A stretch of 35,801 nt of DNA from a virus. Taxonomy: Duplodnaviria > Caudoviricetes. Of this stretch, positions 17,513-24,748 are shown in pieces. Within the stretch, counting starts at the first letter, position 1. Each line of letters starts with the position of its first letter. The stretch is taken from positions 1 to 35,801 of the IMG/VR virus record IMGVR_UViG_3300032303_002091. One strand, 5' to 3'. Below the pieces are notes generated by a model. That model was not told the origin of the DNA and did no database searches. It saw only the letters and a program-made list of their open reading frames with translations. The position numbers and the translations under genes are program-made.

Positions 17513-17668
17513 TTACTTATCTTTTTTTAATAAATTCTTAAACGTTTCTTTGCGAATCCATTGTATCCATGCACCCGACTTTTTGCACCATTTGTTATTG
17601 CAATACAATCCCCAGTGCGGTCCTTTTGACTTTACTAACACTGTACAGTTTGAATGATCCGTTTTCAT
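17513..17668 (-). CDS. Small putative zinc-binding protein (51 aa), below the ORF-track cutoff
   Basis: Hand translation MKTDHSNCTVLVKSKGPHWGLYCNNKWCKKSGAWIQWIRKETFKNLLKKDK; ATGA overlap with 17665..18363. Confidence 0.75.
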   Translation of the reverse strand: MKTDHSNCTVLVKSKGPHWGLYCNNKWCKKSGAWIQWIRKETFKNLLKKDK

Positions 17669-18363
17669 AACCATTCCATTTCCACATAAGGTCTGCGTGT
17701 GTCTCTATACTCACCAATATAGTCTGTGTACTTTTGTGCTCTCACAGTGCTGGGCACTTCCAAATCAAATTCACAATGCCATTCACCCAACCACACATGG
17801 GCCTTGTTGCCTGCATATATGGCTGTGGTATAACGAATAGTGTTTTTTTCTCCTCGTCTATTGCCTTTGCCAATTAAAGGATTAAATCCAGTAGCTTGTT
17901 TGATCTGTTCAAAGTCTTGTACTCGTTCCATGTACCACTGATATTCTGCTTCAGTGATTTCTTTATTGGCATAATCTCGTTTGATGTCTCGTTGCCATTC
18001 CCACAACTTGTCTGTGCTGGCAAATGTAAGTTTTTTCAATTCGGCATTGTTTTTGACATTGATGTCCAAATTAATTTTTCGTCTTTTGGTATTGTCACGT
18101 GCTGGCTTTTGCACACTGACTTTGGCATAGTTTATGTCAGGTGTGGCCATGTGCAGTCGGGGTTTTTTCGCGGAACCTTCTATGGCTGTTTCACCGCAGG
18201 TGATCCCAAGAGGTGCTGAAGGCAAAGACTCAATCTCCTGGCTTGTCATGAGACAGAGATTAGTCTTTTTTATTTCTTCTTTACTATTCTCATATTCTAA
18301 GTATTTAATATTATTTTCTGCCTGTCTAAAGCGGATTTGCTCTAAGATATCTAAACTGTTCAT
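17665..18363 (-). CDS. Hypothetical protein (232 aa)
   Basis: AAAGGA SD; charged protein with no recognised motif. Confidence 0.8.
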   Translation of the reverse strand: MNSLDILEQIRFRQAENNIKYLEYENSKEEIKKTNLCLMTSQEIESLPSAPLGITCGETAIEGSAKKPRLHMATPDINYAKVSVQKPARDNTKRRKINLDINVKNNAELKKLTFASTDKLWEWQRDIKRDYANKEITEAEYQWYMERVQDFEQIKQATGFNPLIGKGNRRGEKNTIRYTTAIYAGNKAHVWLGEWHCEFDLEVPSTVRAQKYTDYIGEYRDTRRPYVEMEWL

Positions 18364-18375
18364 TGCTATTTTCCT

Positions 18376-18792
18376 TTATTCAAAAACATCTGCTACCAAT
18401 CTGGGCTTGCGTTTAAGTGTGCCTTGTTGCCAAGTCCAATCAGTATCTGCCGCTATGGCTTCTCGTAGTTCAGCCGATGGCGTACCCGTGTCCCATTTGA
18501 CTAATTCACTGTCAATGATGTCATTCAAGTTGCAGGGTGCCATTTCGCCATAACGTTTGTTGTAGCCCCACTTGGTATTGTAGTTGGGATACTTGCCCAG
18601 GGCATGTGTGCGATGAAACAAGTAGTCCACATGTCCCACAGTGATATACTTATTGTCATTGAGACTGTCACGGGCTTTAGTAATAGCTGGTAAGCCATTT
18701 AGATCTTTACCAGCATCGCTCATGTTTTTGAATCTGTCGTAGGCTTGGCCCAACCAAGTGCATACGCGATATTGTGCTTGTTCATTTGCCAT
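18376..18792 (-). CDS. Hypothetical protein (138 aa)
   Basis: AAAGGAG SD preceded by CTAAATA. Confidence 0.8.
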   Translation of the reverse strand: MANEQAQYRVCTWLGQAYDRFKNMSDAGKDLNGLPAITKARDSLNDNKYITVGHVDYLFHRTHALGKYPNYNTKWGYNKRYGEMAPCNLNDIIDSELVKWDTGTPSAELREAIAADTDWTWQQGTLKRKPRLVADVFE

Positions 18793-18809
18793 TTTGTTCT
18801 CCTTTGCTT

Positions 18810-18815
18810 TATTTA
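18810..18815 (-). promoter_or_regulatory. TAAATA late-promoter-like motif
   Basis: CTAAATAAAGCAAAGGAGAACAAAATG. Confidence 0.6.
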
Positions 18816-18831
18816 GTCTCGCTCTGTCAGT

Positions 18832-19056
18832 TTAAACTGACTGCTCGTCAGTAAAAGTTTGATCTACACGCACAATCTTGAATCGGTCAGTCAGCATCCA
18901 ATGTTTGAATTGGTTGCCTTTGTAGCGGCCTGCGCGATGCTCACTGAGCAAGATGCGGGCGTCATCTGGTGTAGCCGAATCTGGTATGTGATTGTAACGG
19001 AACCATTGTTGTTTGGTGGGACTCAATCGCCACACTTGATAGATTGTTCTTGTCAT
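18832..19056 (-). CDS. Hypothetical protein (74 aa)
   Basis: TAATG coupling with the ATPase gene. Confidence 0.75.
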   Translation of the reverse strand: MTRTIYQVWRLSPTKQQWFRYNHIPDSATPDDARILLSEHRAGRYKGNQFKHWMLTDRFKIVRVDQTFTDEQSV

Positions 19057-19820
19057 TATACCACCGCCTTGAGCAAGCCTTGGTCAGCCATAGCACGCCA
19101 GTTACGAGGATTCATGGTGTAGATCTCTGCTAACTTGACGACAGTTCGCAGACTAACTGTGTATAACTTATTACGATTCTTAGCAATGTAGTCTAAGAGA
19201 TTAGACTCTACATTAGCAGTGAAGTGGAAGTCTTTAAGCATCTTACGCTTGAGCACCATGTATGCTACCTGCTTGAACTTGCTGTCTTCACCGTTATCTG
19301 CGATAGGAATGCAGTAACTACGGTCCTTAAGAGCACCTAAGTGAGCCATTAACCTATGAGCACTGCCGCCGAAGCCTACATTACTAATAAGTATTACACT
19401 GCCTTGGAACTGGAAGGAAGTGGGCAAGCCCATAGCACTAAGCATAGCCGTGCTACTCTCCCAGTGAATGTTACGAACAGGCTTAGTGTCCATAGCAGCC
19501 TTAAGCAGGTTAAGACCTTCTACTTTACCGAATACCGAGTCCACATCATCAAGCACCAAGACACGACCTTTATCTTTATAGTGATACAAGGCGGCGTATA
19601 GACTGAGCAGACTCATATGACCTGATACGATCTTATTCTTGCCGGCGGCATACTTGTCAAGATACTGACCTACAGCATAACTCTTACCTACGCCAGGAGG
19701 GCCATTAACAATTAGAGCATGTATCTTACCAGTAGACATCTCTTTAATGTAAGTCTCCACGCCTTTGTAACGGGCGTCTAATTCTGCGAAGTCCTTTTTG
19801 TATATAGTTGCGTAATCCAT
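19056..19820 (-). CDS. AAA+ / P-loop ATPase (254 aa)
   Basis: Walker A GPPGVGKS, Walker B VLVLDDVD, sensor-1 VILISN, arginine-finger region ALKDRS. Confidence 0.9.
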   Translation of the reverse strand: MDYATIYKKDFAELDARYKGVETYIKEMSTGKIHALIVNGPPGVGKSYAVGQYLDKYAAGKNKIVSGHMSLLSLYAALYHYKDKGRVLVLDDVDSVFGKVEGLNLLKAAMDTKPVRNIHWESSTAMLSAMGLPTSFQFQGSVILISNVGFGGSAHRLMAHLGALKDRSYCIPIADNGEDSKFKQVAYMVLKRKMLKDFHFTANVESNLLDYIAKNRNKLYTVSLRTVVKLAEIYTMNPRNWRAMADQGLLKAVV

Positions 19821-19881
19821 GTTACTTCCTTTACTTTAGTTTATGAAATATAGCGAGTTAGTTTTGTTCCGCTATGTATGT

Positions 19882-19910
19882 ATTATAACGCCGAATCCTA
19901 TTTGTGTCAA
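19882..19910 (-). promoter_or_regulatory. Consensus sigma70 (early) promoter
   Basis: TTGACA-caaataggattcggcgt (17 nt)-TATAAT upstream of the ATPase gene. Confidence 0.9.
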
Positions 19911-20666
19911 TTATTCTTGGATCTGCCTTTTTTTGGCTTTAGACAAGATTTCGGCACGATTTTGAATACCTACTTTTTTTGGACCTACCTTTGCAATGTA
20001 ATCTTGAATAGAGATCAAGTAGAACTGATCGGGCAACTTCTTAATCCAACGACGAATAGTGTCACCACCAACCTTGTAATGCGTGGCTGCGGCATGATTA
20101 CTTACGAACATGCCTTGTGGAGTAACAATAGGCTTACCACGCTCACCAATTAAGTAATAATACTGTTTGGGATATTTTATCATCAACTTATTAATCTCAT
20201 GAGGAGTTGTGCCCATTGCCTCTGCTACAGCCCATTTACCAGGGAATTCACCAAGCGGAGTCATCATAGGACGACTGCGATTTTCGCGTTGCTGTTGTTT
20301 AGATTCATCAGTAGCAAACTGTTGTTTGCCTGCTTGCCTGCGACTTATACGACTCTCGGGTGTAGCGAACTGCTTGGCATTTAGTTCACGCAATTTCTGC
20401 TTGGCCTGTTCTTTTTTGTCAGCAGGTGCATGATACCAACCATTGGCCAAGTGAGGCTTTTTTGTGCCACGCCAAGCGTCAGCCCGTTTTTTAGCGGCAA
20501 CTAATCTTTTTGCCTTACTCTCAGGAGTATTCATCGTGGCCATTAAGTTTTTATACCATGTTGAATCTTTACCTTGAAGATTCTTATTCTGCTTCATTGC
20601 ACTCCAAGTCAAGAATTCATCAAGTGTGACTTCTTTACCGAATGCCAACTTTATCATATGTGTCAT
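19911..20666 (-). CDS. Basic DNA-binding protein with NUMOD3-like helices and two NUMOD1-like HTH repeats (251 aa)
   Basis: TPESKAKR / TPESRISR / TDESKQQQ repeats; duplicated P[MI]xTPxGxF...AxAxxx...IxxxxxKxPxQ[YF]YxI modules; no nuclease catalytic motif seen. Confidence 0.65.
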   Translation of the reverse strand: MTHMIKLAFGKEVTLDEFLTWSAMKQNKNLQGKDSTWYKNLMATMNTPESKAKRLVAAKKRADAWRGTKKPHLANGWYHAPADKKEQAKQKLRELNAKQFATPESRISRRQAGKQQFATDESKQQQRENRSRPMMTPLGEFPGKWAVAEAMGTTPHEINKLMIKYPKQYYYLIGERGKPIVTPQGMFVSNHAAATHYKVGGDTIRRWIKKLPDQFYLISIQDYIAKVGPKKVGIQNRAEILSKAKKRQIQE

Positions 20667-20675
20667 AATAACCTC

Positions 20676-20966
20676 TTAGTGGCAAGTATGTAGTCGCTTG
20701 TAAGCGGCATCTACGATAGGACCAGTAGTCATAACAGTAACTACCAAACCTGTATCAGCATCTATAGCCATAACTACAGGCTGATTACGGTCTTTATTAC
20801 ACCAGTGCTGAATGGTATGACCTGTAGTGGGATGAGTATACTCATAAGTCTTAACGAAGTTTGATGTAATGTCCACTGATTGTCCTTCACGAATTTTGAT
20901 GCCCAAACGGCTTTGCATACGCTCTGCGGCGTGTGTGGTAAACTGAACTAAATTTGCTTGTGCCAT
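20676..20966 (-). CDS. DUF4258-like (RelE/BrnT-fold) protein (96 aa)
   Basis: FTTHAAERMQSR N-terminal motif and VVTVM C-terminal strand; start MAQAN after a GGGAGG SD. Confidence 0.65.
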   Translation of the reverse strand: MAQANLVQFTTHAAERMQSRLGIKIREGQSVDITSNFVKTYEYTHPTTGHTIQHWCNKDRNQPVVMAIDADTGLVVTVMTTGPIVDAAYKRLHTCH

Positions 20967-20998
20967 AATAGGCCTCCCTTTTGTTAAACTATACATGT

Positions 20999-21027
20999 AT
21001 TGTAGCACCAAAATCAATATATGTCAA
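20999..21027 (-). promoter_or_regulatory. Sigma70 (early) promoter
   Basis: TTGACA-17 nt-TACAAT with extended -10 TG. Confidence 0.85.
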
Positions 21028-21078
21028 CTTGTTGCTACTTTACCGTTTATGGACTGCTTTTTTGCTGTCCATGTATTG

Positions 21079-21087
21079 ATTATAACA
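21079..21087 (-). promoter_or_regulatory. Extended -10 promoter (TGnTATAAT) followed by a hairpin
   Basis: Minus strand TGTTATAAT, then ATGGACAGC-AAAAAA-GCAGTCCAT (21049-21072); no good -35 element. Confidence 0.55.
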
Positions 21088-21140
21088 CACAAAGTATTTT
21101 TCACCTATTAAAAACCTGCATTTGCGATGCCGCTATGGGC

Positions 21141-21170
21141 GAAAAAGTGTTGTATTTTTGCAACATTTTC
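21141..21170. promoter_or_regulatory. Palindromic operator-like site
   Basis: GAAAA-AG-TGTTG-TATTTTTG-CAACA-TTTTC upstream of the early promoters. Confidence 0.5.
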
Positions 21171-21230
21171 ATATTTGCCTGGTTTTTGCACCGTCTGGGG
21201 GTGTAGGTACTGGTGTCAATATAAAAGTCA

Positions 21231-21270
21231 TAAAAAAGCCCAGAGAAAAATTGGAATAAAACTCTGGGCT
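21231..21270 (-). terminator. Rho-independent terminator
   Basis: AGCCCAGAG-16 nt loop-CTCTGGGCT followed by TTTTT on the minus strand. Confidence 0.8.
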
Positions 21271-21351
21271 AAGTTAGCAAAGAAAAGCAAGTGATTAGTC
21301 TGCCCTTAAAGGAATCCCAAATGGCTGTAAAGGATTGAAAACTCTGCTAAC
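21231..21351 (-). ncRNA. Candidate late-expressed structured small RNA (~120 nt)
   Basis: TAAATA at 21356-21361; 10-bp closing stem GTTAGCAGAG / CTTTGCTAAC with a G-U pair that works only on this strand; terminator at the 3' end; no evident ORF. Confidence 0.55.
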
Positions 21352-21354
21352 GAT

Positions 21355-21729
21355 TTATTTATCGTTCTCAACAACTTTTCTACGCGGAGGCTGAGCACGT
21401 GGATTTCGCCAAATGGCCAGATAGTCTTTATCCATCAAGTATTCAATCACAGCAGATTCTTCCTCCACATGATCCAATCTAAATATAGTACACCATTGAC
21501 GATTGTACTTGTAAACCACTGCTTCATCCAAAAATGGTATGTCTATGGGCTTGTCACTTAGCACAGCACAGTTGTAGTTGTCAGGTTCCAGGCCGCGCCA
21601 TTCAGTAAAATCCAAATAGGGTCTTTGCCAACCAATGTGATTGGCTATGGCTATGCGTGGATCGTGTAAGAGTCTTTGTGTTAATCCCGGACGTGGTGTC
21701 CAGTGATGATATTTGACATGATTGGCCAT
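21355..21729 (-). CDS. Hypothetical protein (124 aa)
   Basis: TAATG coupling with the upstream gene. Confidence 0.8.
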   Translation of the reverse strand: MANHVKYHHWTPRPGLTQRLLHDPRIAIANHIGWQRPYLDFTEWRGLEPDNYNCAVLSDKPIDIPFLDEAVVYKYNRQWCTIFRLDHVEEESAVIEYLMDKDYLAIWRNPRAQPPRRKVVENDK

Positions 21730-22007
21730 TAGACTGCCTTAAACATGTAAAATAACACTGTGCCCACCACACCCACTATGACTGAACTAATGGTGGTAAC
21801 GGCCTGCGTGGTTCGTCGGTTAGAGTCACGCTCCATGAGTAACTTGATCTCGGTAAAGTTTTGTTGCATTGATGTTTTAAGATCAGCAACTTGAGTCTCC
21901 ATATTGGACAAGCGGTTTTCAACACTTTCAATTCTCCTGTGTAATGCGTCATATCTCAATTCGCAGAGACTTACATGTGTGCCTAAATCAGTTTCTTCTT
22001 TACTCAT
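21729..22007 (-). CDS. Coiled-coil protein with C-terminal transmembrane helix; XhlA-like / holin-like (92 aa)
   Basis: HVSLCELRY, heptad coil, then ISSVIVGVVGTVLFYMF; located after the fibre genes. Confidence 0.55.
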   Translation of the reverse strand: MSKEETDLGTHVSLCELRYDALHRRIESVENRLSNMETQVADLKTSMQQNFTEIKLLMERDSNRRTTQAVTTISSVIVGVVGTVLFYMFKAV

Positions 22008-22016
22008 AATCATTCC

Positions 22017-24731
22017 TTATACTGCCAAATTGCTGTCAATGTAGCTCCAACGTGTGTTGGTAGTGTCCCAGTAGGCCATCTTGCCCCCGTTTACTGCACT
22101 GTCGCTAATTGAAATCTGCTGTCCCACTGAACCATTTGTCAGTTTAATTGTGCCTGCCACAGTTTGTGCGCCACCTGTTCCATTGGCATAACTTACAGTG
22201 GTAGTGGTACAGGCCGTCACAGTATAAGTGCCATTATAGCCTGCAGGTGTAACACCAGCTACTGTGATACTGGTACCCACTGCATATGGAGCACTGGCCA
22301 AAGCACCAAATGTCACAGTGGCCACAAAGCCATTGCCTGTGGTTGCAGTGGTGGCCAATGTATTATTAACAGCAGTGGCCAAAAATACTGGAAAGCCTAC
22401 CGGACGAGCAAATGTAGCACTGGTGTTATTAACGGTGGCCAATGTTGCTGTGGGTGTAACTGCTGATCCAGGTGCTGTGGTAAATGTATGCACATCACTG
22501 GCATAACTTTGACTGGCAGGATTTGCCACAATGCTGTTAACAATGCCTTGTGTCATTGTGCCAGGTATCACCATGGCACCTGTTGTGCTACTTAAGAATG
22601 TCAGTGTAGTGGCATTGTTAGAAACCACACGATAAGTGCCATTGTAGCCTGCGGGCTGTGCACCACTAATGGTAATGTAAGTACTTGCCACAAATGGTGC
22701 TTGACCACCGGGCCATTGCCCGGTATTGGCATAAGTCACTGTAACTGTAGTGCCATCACCGCTAATGTTAGTAGGTACAATCACTACGGCACTTTGTCCA
22801 GCACGAGTATTTTGTATGGCAGTTTGACTGCCTTGGCTGGTCAAGTTCCAATTTTCTGTAGCACTGCTGATAATTTGAGTGGGATACATGTATTGAAACT
22901 GTGTTGAAGTCACTACACCAGCAGTACCAGCAAATCTTATCAGGCCTAATTCGTCTGCTTGTACCATGCCTGCATATCGCTGTCCATTACCTGCTGTGCC
23001 GCCTTGGCCATAACCTAATCTTGCAGTGCCAATAAGAATGCTACTGGCTCGTCCAGTTGTGGGTGAAGTTTGCAAACTGTTGTCACCGCCTATGCCATAG
23101 CCACCAGTTGTTTCTATTTCTAAATACAAACCAGTGCCTGCGGTCAAGCCAGTAAGACCTGCACCACCCGCTGTGGTAGATAGTCTAATTTGATTGGCAT
23201 TGGTTACACTTTGTACATAATAAATTGTTGTGGCTGTGAGGCCATTGGCAGTGGTAGTGGGAATAACAGTATCACGAATTCGTAGTCCATGTGCCGGTAT
23301 GGTAATAATATCACCTAATACCGCATCTGTAGCAATAGTCGTAATTTTTTGATAGCGCGGCACATAACTGGCAAACACTGGAGTTACACCAAGGTTATTG
23401 GTGGCCAAATTGGAGCCTAAGTTACTGCTGTTGGGAGTAAAAGCAAACGCACTGAACCTGGTTACATCACTAACTGCCGTGTTAGCGGGTGTTGTGCTAA
23501 ACAACAAGTCTTGAGCGGCCTGTATGTACAAACTGGTAACAGTGCCTGAACTAATAGTGCCAGTGGCCACATTTAGTGCATAAACACCCGCACCACCAGG
23601 AGTACCTGACTGTTGTCTATTAATAATAAACACACTGCCTGGAGCCGCTGTGGTCAAACTGGCACTGCGTATTTCATTGCCCACACCGATAGCACCCTGT
23701 GTGGTACCTGCCACAGTTTGAGCACCAGTTGTGGTGTTGGCAAAACTCACAGTGGTTGTTGTACAAGCAGTGACTTTATAATAGCCGTTATAACCAGTGG
23801 GTGTTACACCTGCTACTGTGATAAAACTGCCCACAGCATAGGGAATATAAGTTTGTGCGGCAAATGTCAATGTGGCTGTAGTGCCAGTACCTGATGCGGC
23901 TGTTGTAGTTAAACTTGTACCAGTCATAGCAGTCACTGTCATTTGTCCAACAGTTTGTGCGTTGATTGTGGCATTGGCAAATGACGCAGTAAATGTTGCT
24001 GTTGTGGTTTGTCTTTGGTTTTGACTGGCTGTTAATCTAAATGCACCTGGAGGATAAGGCATGGTATCACTGCTCCAACCATCACCAAGTCCTGAACCAT
24101 TGGTTGAACCCATGTTGGGTTGTGAATAGATAGTCATCAAACTGTCATTGGCATTGGCTGCGCCACTACCTCTAATAGCACCTGCTACTGTTTGAGCACC
24201 AGTAGTTGTGTTGGCATAACTTACTGTGGTAGTGGTACAAGCAGTAACTTGACTATTGACAGTTCTATAACCAGAAGGTACAATAGTGTCCACAGCAATG
24301 TAACTGCCAACTATGTAAGGAGGCACTGTTTGTGCGGCAAATGTCAATGTGGCAGTTGAGCCATCACCTGATGCCGCTGTTGTGGTCAATGTAGTAGCAC
24401 GACTTACTTCTGTGCTAAAAGCACTCGTTGGAAAACTATAACCTGGTGTTGAAGTAGCAGTGGTTTGATAGTCACGAATTAACATTCGTTGACCATTTTG
24501 AGCACCGTTGTCCCAGTTGCTGGCCAAAAATCCATTGCTGGCACGACTATTGTTGTCACGTTGTATGTCATTGCTGCCAGCATAACGTCCTACTTGTGCT
24601 ACAATATCACTGCCAAGACCAGTACTGCTAATTATATTACCGGTTGCACCATCTATTGTAACACTGGTGGTACTGCCTGTAGTTGGTCCTACATCAAGAC
24701 CATTTCTTACTCTAAAATTCTTTGTTGCCAT
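22017..24731 (-). CDS. Tail fibre / receptor-binding protein (904 aa)
   Basis: Thr/Gly/Ala-rich; MATKNFRVRNGLDVG N-terminus; four copies of a ~70-aa beta module; C-terminal MAYWDTTNTRW. Confidence 0.8.
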   Translation of the reverse strand: MATKNFRVRNGLDVGPTTGSTTSVTIDGATGNIISSTGLGSDIVAQVGRYAGSNDIQRDNNSRASNGFLASNWDNGAQNGQRMLIRDYQTTATSTPGYSFPTSAFSTEVSRATTLTTTAASGDGSTATLTFAAQTVPPYIVGSYIAVDTIVPSGYRTVNSQVTACTTTTVSYANTTTGAQTVAGAIRGSGAANANDSLMTIYSQPNMGSTNGSGLGDGWSSDTMPYPPGAFRLTASQNQRQTTTATFTASFANATINAQTVGQMTVTAMTGTSLTTTAASGTGTTATLTFAAQTYIPYAVGSFITVAGVTPTGYNGYYKVTACTTTTVSFANTTTGAQTVAGTTQGAIGVGNEIRSASLTTAAPGSVFIINRQQSGTPGGAGVYALNVATGTISSGTVTSLYIQAAQDLLFSTTPANTAVSDVTRFSAFAFTPNSSNLGSNLATNNLGVTPVFASYVPRYQKITTIATDAVLGDIITIPAHGLRIRDTVIPTTTANGLTATTIYYVQSVTNANQIRLSTTAGGAGLTGLTAGTGLYLEIETTGGYGIGGDNSLQTSPTTGRASSILIGTARLGYGQGGTAGNGQRYAGMVQADELGLIRFAGTAGVVTSTQFQYMYPTQIISSATENWNLTSQGSQTAIQNTRAGQSAVVIVPTNISGDGTTVTVTYANTGQWPGGQAPFVASTYITISGAQPAGYNGTYRVVSNNATTLTFLSSTTGAMVIPGTMTQGIVNSIVANPASQSYASDVHTFTTAPGSAVTPTATLATVNNTSATFARPVGFPVFLATAVNNTLATTATTGNGFVATVTFGALASAPYAVGTSITVAGVTPAGYNGTYTVTACTTTTVSYANGTGGAQTVAGTIKLTNGSVGQQISISDSAVNGGKMAYWDTTNTRWSYIDSNLAV
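22153..24390. repeat. Four dispersed copies of a ~70-aa domain in the fibre gene
   Basis: TTAASGxGxTATLTFAAQ...PYxVGSxIxVxGxxPxGYNGxYxVTACTTTTVS[YF]ANxTTGAQTVAG at about 24180-24390, 23707-23915, 22560-22770 and 22153-22360. Confidence 0.85.
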
Positions 24732-24748
24732 AATTCATTATCCTTATG

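Noticed and set aside
19911-20666. Active homing endonuclease or intron
   Set aside because: No catalytic motif seen, and the flanking genes are not interrupted.
21021-21206. 61-aa plus-strand ORF in the control region
   Set aside because: Cys/Phe-rich, no SD, and it overlaps promoters and the palindrome; more likely non-coding.
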